This document shows positions 22,866-32,130 of a stretch of 46,118 nucleotides of DNA, piece after piece. The translations under genes and the position numbers were made by a program. The DNA is taken from the IMG/VR virus record IMGVR_UViG_3300028048_000013; one strand, given 5' to 3'. A model generated the notes under the pieces. That model did not search any database, had not been told where the DNA came from, and saw only the letters and a list, made by a program, of their open reading frames with translations. How positions within the stretch are numbered: position 1 is the stretch's first letter; each line of letters opens with the position of its first letter. This stretch comes from a virus.

Positions 22866-23173
22866 TGAAAAATTATTGGCAAACCAAATTAACGGCCTTT
22901 GATGCTGAATTGTGTAAAATGGTCGAATCGTTGACCGGGAAACCGTGCGAACTAAAAAACGGCGGAAGCCATTATTTTTTCGAAGCGGATTACGAAAAGC
23001 ACAACGACCCGCAATATATTTTGGCCATTTGGGACGCAATAGAGGGCCGGACGGGAAAACGCCTTATTTCCATTAAGGACGACGCCGACCGCCACGCCCT
23101 GTTTGTCCGTGTCAAGTTTTACAACGACGGTTGCCCGGATGCGGCATTTATCCCTAAAATCGAACAGGAATGA
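22862..23173 (+). CDS. Hypothetical protein (103 aa)
   Basis: ATGA overlap, track ORF. Confidence 0.65.
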   Translation: MMKNYWQTKLTAFDAELCKMVESLTGKPCELKNGGSHYFFEADYEKHNDPQYILAIWDAIEGRTGKRLISIKDDADRHALFVRVKFYNDGCPDAAFIPKIEQE

Positions 23174-23442
23174 ATAACGAACAATTACCGTTGGCAATGT
23201 CGGAATCCTTTTGGGCCAATTCCCAATTTTCCATTGCCCGATATACCGGCCGAATCCGTGTTGGAAAATACGATTACGTCATTTGTAACAAAGACGGCAA
23301 AGACATTTTCGAATGTTCCATTGAAGCGGAAAAGGCGGGCCGGGATGGATTCTTGCATTTTTGTAAAGCCAACCCGGATTGTTGGACGTTGAAACAAGCA
23401 AAGGAACGTTTGAAGCAATGGCAACAGAAACCGAACGATTAA
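23170..23442 (+). CDS. Hypothetical protein (90 aa)
   Basis: ATGA overlap, track ORF. Confidence 0.65.
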   Translation: MNNEQLPLAMSESFWANSQFSIARYTGRIRVGKYDYVICNKDGKDIFECSIEAEKAGRDGFLHFCKANPDCWTLKQAKERLKQWQQKPND

Positions 23443-23603
23443 CCGATTTGAAATGCCGCGATTGTTTGCATTTCGTGTTATCGGGTTGGTGGGACCCGCA
23501 ACGCGTGTGCGAAATAGGCGGATTCCCCGTTGACAAAGACGGCCCCGCTTGTATTTCAGTATTACCAAAAAACACAAAACACAATGGCAAGACCCGCGAT
23601 TGA
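23418..23603 (+). CDS. Hypothetical Cys-containing protein (61 aa)
   Basis: First ATG in track ORF 23379..23603; CRDC...C...C. Confidence 0.45.
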   Translation: MATETERLTDLKCRDCLHFVLSGWWDPQRVCEIGGFPVDKDGPACISVLPKNTKHNGKTRD

Positions 23604-23832
23604 AATTGTTTCCGAAGCGAAACGAAAGATTGACAAAGAACGACAACGTGGCGATTTTCGACCCGCACCGTTTTTCGATGCGCAAGCGGCCGCCGGGATG
23701 TGCGACCCGACGAATTACGGCGGTAACAACAAATCCGAATGGATAAAGAAATTGGCAAAGGCCGCCGCGCACATCCTTTGCGAAATCGAAACAATACAAG
23801 CCATTAAAGGCGATGGCATTTACCAACGTTGA
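23584..23832 (+). CDS. Hypothetical protein (82 aa)
   Basis: First ATG in track ORF 23530..23832. Confidence 0.55.
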   Translation: MARPAIEIVSEAKRKIDKERQRGDFRPAPFFDAQAAAGMCDPTNYGGNNKSEWIKKLAKAAAHILCEIETIQAIKGDGIYQR

Positions 23833-23889
23833 CAAATTCCCGGACGGAATACAACCCCGCCCGGGATTCGTCGTATTTTGAATTATTGT

Positions 23890-23897
23890 TAACTTTG
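23890..23897 (+). promoter_or_regulatory. -7 box TAACTTTG upstream of the small terminase gene
   Basis: Matches TAnnTTTG, 16 nt before the ATG at 23914. Confidence 0.45.
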
Positions 23898-23913
23898 CAA
23901 AAACCCCGGAATT

Positions 23914-24453
23914 ATGGAACAGACCGAACCCAAAAAGAAAGGACGCAAACCACAATGGACCGATACCAAAGTGGAAATTATGTGCAAGGCCATTGCAGAC
24001 GGCAAGAGTTACAAAGACGCATTTACGGCCGCCCGTGTGTCCAAAGCGGCGTTTTATAAGCATCTTGCCGAAGATATGGACTTTCAAGACCGGGTTAAAA
24101 AGGCCGAACAGACATACCAAGATTGGTACGATTCCCAATTGGTCGTTGACTGTAAACGTTCGTTGCTTGAACTGATACGCGGTTACGAATGGGATGAAAC
24201 CACAACGGAAACGGCAACGGGGAAAGACGGCAAAGAAACGGTTACGAAAAAAAAGACCGTCCACAAAAAGGCCGCGCCGAATCCAACGGCGATTATCTTT
24301 GCGTTGTGCAACCGCGCCCCGGGCGAATGGTCCAATAAGCACATCCAAGAATTGACCGGCAAGATTGAAACGGAAACCAAACCGGGTATAACCTTGGCCA
24401 ACGTCCCGGATAACCTGTTGGCGCAAGTTATTGACGCGATAAACGGAAAGTAA
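23914..24453 (+). CDS. Terminase small subunit (HTH N-terminus)
   Basis: KKKGRKPQWTDTKVEIMCKAIADGKSYKDAFTAARVSKAAFYKHL; lies just upstream of the large terminase. Confidence 0.55.
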   Translation: MEQTEPKKKGRKPQWTDTKVEIMCKAIADGKSYKDAFTAARVSKAAFYKHLAEDMDFQDRVKKAEQTYQDWYDSQLVVDCKRSLLELIRGYEWDETTTETATGKDGKETVTKKKTVHKKAAPNPTAIIFALCNRAPGEWSNKHIQELTGKIETETKPGITLANVPDNLLAQVIDAINGK

Positions 24454-24454
24454 G

Positions 24455-24706
24455 ATGGAACACGAATTTATTGATGAAATGTTGGAACGTCTGTTGGTAA
24501 ACGAACAAAAGACGTTTGGAAAGGCGTTTGAACAAATTATACAGGAACGGGCCAAAATCATACAGGATTTGGGACGCATCGAAAACGCATACCAATTGTT
24601 TGTGAAAAAACACCCGGGCGCGAAACCGGAATATTTCCGGCAATACATCCAAGGAACCCGCCCGGATGATTACAACAAATGTGTTCGTTGTTTCGGTTGG
24701 AAATAA
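24455..24706 (+). CDS. Hypothetical protein (83 aa)
   Basis: ATG 1 nt after the previous stop. Confidence 0.65.
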   Translation: MEHEFIDEMLERLLVNEQKTFGKAFEQIIQERAKIIQDLGRIENAYQLFVKKHPGAKPEYFRQYIQGTRPDDYNKCVRCFGWK

Positions 24707-24812
24707 TGGCCGGAATACATTAACAAAGATTTATGTTTGTTTCTCAAAATTCGTTTCAGTTGGCCCAAAGGCGGCGAAACCCGGCCCGTCGCCAATGGGC
24801 CATTTTTGATTT

Positions 24813-26357
24813 ATGGACGTTGATACGATGCAAATAACCCGGGCGTTATCAGAACACCCGGAATTGTTCTTACAAGAGGGCGCACGGCGAAACCTGTTGT
24901 GGTTTGCGGAATATATGGACCCGAACTTTCAACCGACGCCGTTTCATAAAGCGTATTACCGCGTTTTGGATATGTTCGCAAAACGTTGGATTAAGAAATT
25001 GATTATACAGGCCCCGCCGCAACACGGCAAATCGCAAGGGTCAAGCCGGTTTCTTCCGGCCGATATGTTGGGATTATACCCGGATATTCGTATTTGCATT
25101 TGTTCGTATGCGGCAACGATTGCAAAGGATTTCAACCGGGACGTTCAACGGTTGATTGATTCGGAAAATTACCGGGCCGTTTTCCCGGAAACAGTATTGA
25201 ACGGGTCCAACGTCGTAACGGTTGCCAACAATTACTTGCGCAATTCGGACGTGTTCGAAATCGTGAATCATACCGGTTCGTTGCGCGTCGTTGGCCGTGG
25301 CGGTTCGTTGACGTCAAAGACGGTTGACGTTATGATTTACGACGATTTGTACAAGGATTCGTCGGAAGCCAATAGCCCGATAATCCGGGCGGCCGCGTGG
25401 GATTGGTTCACAAAGGTTGCACAAACCCGTTTGCACAACGATTCGCAACAACTAATCGTGTTTACGCGATGGCATCCCGACGACATTATTGGCAAAATCA
25501 TTGATTCGGAAAAGGTCGTATTTGTTGAATCGTGGTCAGACCTTGAAAACATCCCGTCCGGGGCGTGGGTATTGGTCAATTTTGAAGCAATCAAAACCGG
25601 GCAACCAACGGAAATTGACCAACGCGAAGCCGGGCAACCGTTGTGGGCGCAACGCCATTCGTTGGAACGCTTGTTGGCGCAAAAACAATTGGACCCGTTG
25701 GGTTTTCAATGCCTGTACCAAGGTAACCCGGGCGACGCAACCGCATTTTTGTACCAACCGTTCAAAACGTGGGTCGAAAAATCGGATTGGGGCCAATATA
25801 TCCGTTCCGGATGTTACGTTGATGTTGCCGACCAAGGCGACGACTTTTTGTTTGCCGCGTCTTATGACATTTACAAATCGGAAAACCAAATTTGGAATGA
25901 GAACAAACGCCGGTACGAACCGTTGTTGTTCGCTCTTATAACCGACGTTGAATTTACCGACGAATCAACGGATGTTACGGCCGTAACCGTTCCCCGGATG
26001 ATAAACAACAATGGCGTTCAAAAAGCGTGGATAGAATCGAACAACGGCGGGTCCCAATTCGAAAAGGCCGTGAAAAAAAAAGTTCGGGCGTTGACCGTTC
26101 CGTTTTACCAAGGCGAAAACAAAGAATCCCGGATTGTCACGAACGCGCCGTTTGTAAATCAACATATCATTATGCCGTTCGGATGGGAAAGCCGGTACAA
26201 GAAATTCCACGACCATATTGTGGGATTCTTGCGCAAGTTTGACGCGAACGAACACGACGACGACGCCGACGGATTGACCGGAATATACGAAAAGGAAATT
26301 GCCGACGGGAATACGAAACCATACGGCGCGGCCAATCGTGGCGTCCGTGTCCATTAA
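24813..26357 (+). CDS. Terminase large subunit
   Basis: Walker A-like QAPPQHGKSQ, Walker B VDVMIYDDLY, C-terminal nuclease-like acidic residues; size and position fit. Confidence 0.8.
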   Translation: MDVDTMQITRALSEHPELFLQEGARRNLLWFAEYMDPNFQPTPFHKAYYRVLDMFAKRWIKKLIIQAPPQHGKSQGSSRFLPADMLGLYPDIRICICSYAATIAKDFNRDVQRLIDSENYRAVFPETVLNGSNVVTVANNYLRNSDVFEIVNHTGSLRVVGRGGSLTSKTVDVMIYDDLYKDSSEANSPIIRAAAWDWFTKVAQTRLHNDSQQLIVFTRWHPDDIIGKIIDSEKVVFVESWSDLENIPSGAWVLVNFEAIKTGQPTEIDQREAGQPLWAQRHSLERLLAQKQLDPLGFQCLYQGNPGDATAFLYQPFKTWVEKSDWGQYIRSGCYVDVADQGDDFLFAASYDIYKSENQIWNENKRRYEPLLFALITDVEFTDESTDVTAVTVPRMINNNGVQKAWIESNNGGSQFEKAVKKKVRALTVPFYQGENKESRIVTNAPFVNQHIIMPFGWESRYKKFHDHIVGFLRKFDANEHDDDADGLTGIYEKEIADGNTKPYGAANRGVRVH

Positions 26358-26359
26358 AC

Positions 26360-26443
26360 GCGATTTCGGGCGATTTGAGCGACTTTTAGCGAAAAGATGA
26401 GGAATTACCCATTTTTGAAAAGAAAAGCGATTTAACGCGATTT
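26360..26443. repeat. Phased GCGA-T-rich repeats (six units at about 10-bp spacing)
   Basis: GCGA starts at 26360, 26370, 26379, 26389, 26427 and 26437 (GCGATTT x4, GCGACTTTT, GCGAAAA). Confidence 0.7.
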
Positions 26444-26457
26444 TTATAAAAAATAAC

Positions 26458-26465
26458 TATTTTTG
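26458..26465 (+). promoter_or_regulatory. -7 box TATTTTTG, candidate late (structural operon) promoter
   Basis: Matches TAnnTTTG in the 167-nt gap after the terminase gene, 59 nt before the ATG at 26525. Confidence 0.5.
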
Positions 26466-26524
26466 CAAACGAAAGCGGCTACGGGTCGCCGTGAAAATCA
26501 TTTAACACTTAAAATTACAAGATT

Positions 26525-27175
26525 ATGTCTTTGATTTGTCAATGTCCGGCCGCCGCCGCAATCGCGACAATCCCGAATGTCACTTGCCCGGAAAATTTCG
26601 GCCAAATCCAAAAGGTCGCGTTCCAACGTTTGCGTAAGGCCGACGGAACGCGCAACAGTTTTACCACAACCGCCGCGATTACCGCGTTGGCGTCTTGGAC
26701 CGCGTTATTGGCCGCCGCCGACGGTGGAAAAATCGTCGTGTCCCCGTACATCAATGCACCGGCCGATTCCGGCGGCGACGCCCGTATGACGTCCGGCGGC
26801 AACGATGATTTGGGCGGAATCCCCAACGTTTTGGGCGGCAATCCCGTTCAATTCGACGGTTCGATGCGTTCCGTTCCTCAATCCGTAATTAAGGCGATGA
26901 AAGCGTTGCAATGCGAAGCCAATGCGGGAAATCTTGGCGTTTTCCTGTTCGATGAAAACGGGAAAATCGAAGCAATCCAAGACGAAACCACGCCGACCAC
27001 GTATTACCCGATTCCCATTCGTGCGTTGTTCATCGGTTCCAAGATTCACGGCAATTTCGACGCCAAGGATTCCAACGCCATTTCGTGGCAATATCCCGAC
27101 AATTATTCGGACGATTTGGCCATTGTCACACCGGCCGATTTCAACCCGTTAACCGATTTGGTCCCCGCCGACTAA
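26525..27175 (+). CDS. Hypothetical virion-module protein (216 aa)
   Basis: First gene after the late promoter; function unknown. Confidence 0.75.
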   Translation: MSLICQCPAAAAIATIPNVTCPENFGQIQKVAFQRLRKADGTRNSFTTTAAITALASWTALLAAADGGKIVVSPYINAPADSGGDARMTSGGNDDLGGIPNVLGGNPVQFDGSMRSVPQSVIKAMKALQCEANAGNLGVFLFDENGKIEAIQDETTPTTYYPIPIRALFIGSKIHGNFDAKDSNAISWQYPDNYSDDLAIVTPADFNPLTDLVPAD

Positions 27176-27366
27176 TGAACGCCAAGACAACCACGGTAAC
27201 GTTGGTTGCAAACGGCGTTACCCGGGAATTTGAATTTTCCCACGCGGAACGCCTGTTGAGGATGCCACGCAACGGCGGTTGGCATTTGCCGGAAAAATCG
27301 AAATTCGAATTTGTGGATTATGGGTTACGACGTCGCCAAGATAAAAAAGGAAATAGCGGAAAATAA
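27175..27366 (+). CDS. Hypothetical protein (63 aa)
   Basis: TAATG overlap; in the frame of track ORF 27085..27366. Confidence 0.5.
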   Translation: MNAKTTTVTLVANGVTREFEFSHAERLLRMPRNGGWHLPEKSKFEFVDYGLRRRQDKKGNSGK

Positions 27367-29062
27367 GCGTTCCGCCGTTTTGAGCCGTGCGAAATTGCAC
27401 CAAATGCGCATCAAATTTCACACGGTTAAACGGGTTACGTCTTTCAATTCGCCGTACATTTCCATTCCGCTAACGCAATTTCTTGCGATGGCGGAAAATA
27501 TCTTGCCGCACGATAAGTTTGTATTGTTCAAAGCACTTTTCCGTTATCCCATCAAAACCAATGAGATAACGGAAATATGCTTTGACAAATTAAGCCGCAT
27601 TTTCGACGGAAGAAACCCCGCGTTCAATTATCAATTCGCAAATTCCGCCCAACGCGATGATTGGGAAGAATACAGGCAAACAAAGTTGAACGAACCCGAA
27701 ATATGGTCAACGAAAGGATGGGAATTTTTCAAATCCGAAATCAATTCCGTTTTGATTGTTGACGTTGCCCGGGAACAGACAACCGAATTGCCCGAACCGT
27801 ATTTTTATTGGCTTCCTATTGACGACGTTATTACGTACAAGTCCGACCCAACAACGGGCGTTATGGACTTTATCGTTTTCCGTCGCCGCGATGAAATCAT
27901 TGTTTTGGACGATGAAACGTACAGGGTTTGGGACGATAAGAAGCACACCGGCCAATTGGTCGGTATGCCGAAAATCGAAGCGACCCACGATTTGGGTTAT
28001 TGCCCGGCCCGGTTCTTTTGGAATGAACCAATTTCGTTGGATGAACCGGACGTAAAGGCGTCCCCGTTGTCCGCCGAATTGGAAAGTTTGGATTGGTTCG
28101 AATTTTTCCATATTTCCAAACGCCAATTGGACCTTATGGGCGCATATCCCATTTTGTCCGGGTACGAACAAAGTTGCGATTTCACGAACGCCGAAAACGG
28201 GGATTATTGCGACGGCGGGTTTTTGCGCGACAAACAAGGCCATTACAAATTGGATATGGCCGGATTGTTGATGCGTTGCCCGAAATGCGGAAACAAACGT
28301 ATAATCGGGGCCGGTTCGTTCGTGGAAATCCCCGTACCGAACGCGGAAGAAAACCAACCCGATTTGCGTAACCCCGTCCAAATCTTGAACGTTGACCGCA
28401 ACGCCCTTGATTACAACGTTGAGGAACAAAAGCGGTTGCGCGAAGAAATCATTACGGCCGTTGTTGGCCAAGATGAAATCGTAACGAACCGCGATGCGTT
28501 CAACGAACAACAGGTGCAAGCGAATTTCGAAAGCGTTACAACCGTTTTGACCCGGGTTAAAAAGGGTTTCGAACAGGCCCAACAATGGGTTGACGAAACC
28601 ATTTGCCGGTTGCGTTATGGAAAGTATTTCATTTCGGCGAAAATCAATTACGGAACGGAATTTTACTTGTATTCCACGGATGAATTGCGGAAACGGTACA
28701 AGGCCGCCAAGGATGCGGGCGCGTCGGAATCCGAATTGGATATGATGCAAAACCAAATCTTGGAAACCGAATACCGGAACGACCCGACGCAATTACGCCG
28801 TATGTTGATATTGGCCGAACTTGAACCGTTCCGCCATTTGTCACGCGTTGAGGTTTCCGACCTGTTTTCCAAAAATCTTGTTTCCGAAACCGATTTGCGT
28901 ATTAAATTGAATTTTCCCAATTTTGTACGCCGGTTCGAACGCGAAAACACAAACATTTTGGATTTCGGTTCGGAAATACCGTACCAACGCAAGATTGAAA
29001 AGATTACGGCCGAATTGCGGCGATATGCGGATGAACAGAAACCGCAACCGGCCAATGTTTAA
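27320..29062 (+). CDS. Portal protein (by size and position)
   Basis: About 580 aa ORF between the terminase and scaffold/capsid genes; first ATG (the track start at 27311 is TTG). Confidence 0.55.
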   Translation: MGYDVAKIKKEIAENKRSAVLSRAKLHQMRIKFHTVKRVTSFNSPYISIPLTQFLAMAENILPHDKFVLFKALFRYPIKTNEITEICFDKLSRIFDGRNPAFNYQFANSAQRDDWEEYRQTKLNEPEIWSTKGWEFFKSEINSVLIVDVAREQTTELPEPYFYWLPIDDVITYKSDPTTGVMDFIVFRRRDEIIVLDDETYRVWDDKKHTGQLVGMPKIEATHDLGYCPARFFWNEPISLDEPDVKASPLSAELESLDWFEFFHISKRQLDLMGAYPILSGYEQSCDFTNAENGDYCDGGFLRDKQGHYKLDMAGLLMRCPKCGNKRIIGAGSFVEIPVPNAEENQPDLRNPVQILNVDRNALDYNVEEQKRLREEIITAVVGQDEIVTNRDAFNEQQVQANFESVTTVLTRVKKGFEQAQQWVDETICRLRYGKYFISAKINYGTEFYLYSTDELRKRYKAAKDAGASESELDMMQNQILETEYRNDPTQLRRMLILAELEPFRHLSRVEVSDLFSKNLVSETDLRIKLNFPNFVRRFERENTNILDFGSEIPYQRKIEKITAELRRYADEQKPQPANV

Positions 29063-29082
29063 CAATAAAACTGTGTAAAGCG

Positions 29083-29532
29083 ATGATTACAAAAGACGGG
29101 CGCGATACCCCGATTGAAAAGTTGACCGCCGAAAATTACATTGTTCCCACGGGCGAAGAAAAGGATTACCACGCCGTTATTGAGGTCGTGCAATACGACC
29201 CGAAAACCGGAAAGCGTATTTCCCGGCCCCGGGTGCAAAAATTCGGCAAAAAGATTTTTGAAGCCCACGTTGCGGATTCCTTGCGGAAACAGGGTTACAC
29301 CGTTACGATTTTGCACGACCCGAACGTGTGGTTGAAAGAACAGGCCGCCAAGCGCGAACAGGCCGCCAAGGAAGCCGCCGCCGCCAAGGCCAAGGCCGAC
29401 CAAGAAAAATTCGATGCGGCCGTTGCAGCCGCCGTTGCCAAGGCCCTTGCCGAACGCGACGCCGCCAAGGCCGAAACCGAACAGGCCGAACCGGCCAAGA
29501 AACCGGGACGTCCCGCCAATGAAAAGGAATAA
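29083..29532 (+). CDS. Hypothetical head-module protein with Ala/Lys/Glu-rich C-terminal half
   Basis: Track ORF; low-complexity AAKEAAAAKAKAD and a KKPGRPA tail. Confidence 0.7.
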   Translation: MITKDGRDTPIEKLTAENYIVPTGEEKDYHAVIEVVQYDPKTGKRISRPRVQKFGKKIFEAHVADSLRKQGYTVTILHDPNVWLKEQAAKREQAAKEAAAAKAKADQEKFDAAVAAAVAKALAERDAAKAETEQAEPAKKPGRPANEKE

Positions 29533-29555
29533 CAACCATTTAACAAGTTACAATT

Positions 29556-29813
29556 ATGGCACAAATCGCACAACAGGACCATTTGTTCATTGAGGTTTCC
29601 GCTTTGGGGACCTTTACCGACGCCCAAAAGGCAAAGTTGGTCGAATGTTACAAAGCCGGAACAATCCTTGACGTCGTGCAACGCGCGGCAACCGGGGTTT
29701 CCAAGTGTATTTCCGCGTCGTATGCTGATGCAAGCACGACCCGCACGTATACGTTTGTTTTCGGCGGCGCAACCTTGCAAAGCGTAACCGCGACCGAAAC
29801 CATTTCCGCGTAA
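29556..29813 (+). CDS. Hypothetical protein (85 aa)
   Basis: ATG-initiated track ORF. Confidence 0.65.
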   Translation: MAQIAQQDHLFIEVSALGTFTDAQKAKLVECYKAGTILDVVQRAATGVSKCISASYADASTTRTYTFVFGGATLQSVTATETISA

Positions 29814-29870
29814 CGTCCGATTGGGCGATACCATAACAAGACATTACCAAAAATTCAAAGGGAAAGAATT

Positions 29871-30827
29871 ATGGCACTTACAACCGAATTGTTGAACGCC
29901 AACGCCGCGTTATCGGGCTTGACGGATGAACAGAAAACGGCAATCGTCGAAATGTCGAAGAACGACGAAACGGCGGTTATCGGTCAAAAGACCGGCGAAA
30001 TTTACGGCGGTTTGGATGCTGACATTTTGGCGGCGTCCGGAATCGCAAAGAATGGGGCCGAAAAGACCTACGATTACGCCAAACGTGTTATTGGCGAAAT
30101 CAAAGGCCAAGCGGGTAACGCCGCCGAATTGCAAACCAAGGTTTCCGAATTGGAAAAAGAGAAAACCCGTTTGGAATCCGTTATTGCAAAGGGCGGCGGG
30201 GATGCGGAAACCAAACGCCAATTGGACCAAGCCAAGGCGGATTTGGCCAACGTGACCAAAGAATATACCGACCTTAAAACCAAGTACGACACGGCCGAAA
30301 GCGAACACGCAAAGGCCCTGTTCGGAATGAAGATTGACGGCGAATTTGCGAAAGCAACCGCCGGATTGAAATTCAAGGCCGATTTGCCCGCGTCTGTTAC
30401 GTCCGTATTGACCGAACAGGCCGTGGCCAAGGTTAAGGCGATGAACCCGGAATACATTGATGACGGGAACGGCGGCAAGACTTTGGCATTTATGGAAAAC
30501 GGCGCGGTCAAGCGCAACCCGGAAAACAATTTGCGTCCATTCACGGCCGCCGAACTTGTGGCCAAGGAACTTTCCACGATGGGCGTTTTGGAAACCGGGC
30601 GCAAACAGACCGGGGCCGGGTCCACGGGAGGACATACCGGCGGCCAAGGCGGCAACGGTGGAACGGTTGATATTTCCGGGGCGCGTACCCAAAACGAAGC
30701 CCACGAAATCATTGCAAAACAATTGATGGCGCAAGGAAAAATCAATGGTTCCAAGGAATTTTCGGATGCGATGGCGCAAGCGTGGAAAGACAACCACGAC
30801 GCAATCAAGGCGTTACCCATCCAATAA
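29871..30827 (+). CDS. Scaffolding protein candidate
   Basis: Coiled-coil, Ala/Lys/Glu-rich 318-aa protein directly upstream of the capsid gene; no prohead protease is present. Confidence 0.5.
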   Translation: MALTTELLNANAALSGLTDEQKTAIVEMSKNDETAVIGQKTGEIYGGLDADILAASGIAKNGAEKTYDYAKRVIGEIKGQAGNAAELQTKVSELEKEKTRLESVIAKGGGDAETKRQLDQAKADLANVTKEYTDLKTKYDTAESEHAKALFGMKIDGEFAKATAGLKFKADLPASVTSVLTEQAVAKVKAMNPEYIDDGNGGKTLAFMENGAVKRNPENNLRPFTAAELVAKELSTMGVLETGRKQTGAGSTGGHTGGQGGNGGTVDISGARTQNEAHEIIAKQLMAQGKINGSKEFSDAMAQAWKDNHDAIKALPIQ

Positions 30828-30892
30828 GAACAGTAACAACACCGGGTAAAGGGTCAATCCGGCAAACATTAACAATTTAACACAAAAAAATT

Positions 30893-32011
30893 ATGTCACT
30901 TGTAGCAACCCGTTTGCAAAATTGGCGTGTCGAAAACCCGCAATTTGACCGGAATATGGCCCGCCCGTTGGAATATGGCGCGTTGGATTTCTTCATTGAG
31001 CAAACCAACGCCGCAAATTCCATCATCAACCCCAACTTGCGCGACCGTGCCTTTGAATCCATCGGCAACACCGTGCAAATTCCCGTTATCAATTACGATG
31101 GCGACGTGACCGTTTCCAACGTCCGTTCGTGCGTCATTGCCGACGACGAAAACACGTCCGCGTTGTACACCGTGAATTGGGTAACGCTTTCCGTCGGTTT
31201 CACGATGGTTCCCCAACTGTACAGGAACAACGAAATTTCCTACGAACACGACTTTGCCCGCAAGATGGAAAAGATTTGCCGCGCCCTTGCAACCGCAATG
31301 GATGTACAGGCAATCGCCGCCCTTGAAGCGAACAAAACCCAAGTGTTCAAGGATTCGTTGTATTACACCGTCACGTCCAATTCCGTGCAAATTCCTTGGA
31401 ACGCCCGTATGGAATTTTTGGCGGATATGAACGCGATTATGCGTGCAAACGCATATCCCGAAATGTTGCACGTCATTGGCGGGGCCGGGTTCGATTCTCT
31501 TGTGCGCAAGATGGCCGAACACGACATTTACAACGACGTCAACAAGCGTTTGGAATACGACAACAAAGTGTTCCACTATACCAACAACATTGTGAACGCT
31601 TCCGGCATCTTTGCAACCGGTTACATCGTGGCCGATGGCAACGTTGGCGTTCTTACCCGCGTGGACCGCGAAGCGTTGAGCCGCACCCGCGCCAATTTCC
31701 ACGAATGGGACGTTGTGCGTCTGCCGTTCATTGACTTGCCCGTAGGTTCCCACTATTACACCGCCGTTGGCGACCAATCCGGCATTGCCGGGGATGCGTC
31801 CGCCGATATGGTGTGCAACGTCAAGGAATATTTCGGATTTTCCGTTGACGTGGCCTTTTTGGTCGCGTACAATTCCGACCCGACAACCGTTGCCAACCCG
31901 ATTATCAAGGTTGAGTTGGCCGCCCCGGGTTCCGCAAATCCGTTCGCAACGCCTGTTGAGGTCGTGAACAGTACGACCAATCCGGTTAACACTCTTGAGG
32001 TCACGCCTTAA
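30893..32011 (+). CDS. Major capsid protein candidate
   Basis: 372 aa, follows the scaffold-like gene, and is followed by the strongest terminator in the window. Confidence 0.6.
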   Translation: MSLVATRLQNWRVENPQFDRNMARPLEYGALDFFIEQTNAANSIINPNLRDRAFESIGNTVQIPVINYDGDVTVSNVRSCVIADDENTSALYTVNWVTLSVGFTMVPQLYRNNEISYEHDFARKMEKICRALATAMDVQAIAALEANKTQVFKDSLYYTVTSNSVQIPWNARMEFLADMNAIMRANAYPEMLHVIGGAGFDSLVRKMAEHDIYNDVNKRLEYDNKVFHYTNNIVNASGIFATGYIVADGNVGVLTRVDREALSRTRANFHEWDVVRLPFIDLPVGSHYYTAVGDQSGIAGDASADMVCNVKEYFGFSVDVAFLVAYNSDPTTVANPIIKVELAAPGSANPFATPVEVVNSTTNPVNTLEVTP

Positions 32012-32040
32012 TTTCGGGCACATCCTAAACCATTATTTCG

Positions 32041-32075
32041 CGGGGACGGGTCGAATTAACCCCGTCCCCGTTTTC
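32041..32075 (+). terminator. Rho-independent terminator after the capsid gene
   Basis: Perfect 10-bp stem CGGGGACGGG/CCCGTCCCCG, 10-nt loop, then TTTT. Confidence 0.8.
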
Positions 32076-32130
32076 AGTTTGTAAAAGATTTTTACACGTT
32101 CGGCAAACCTGTAAAGAAAGAACGAATTTT

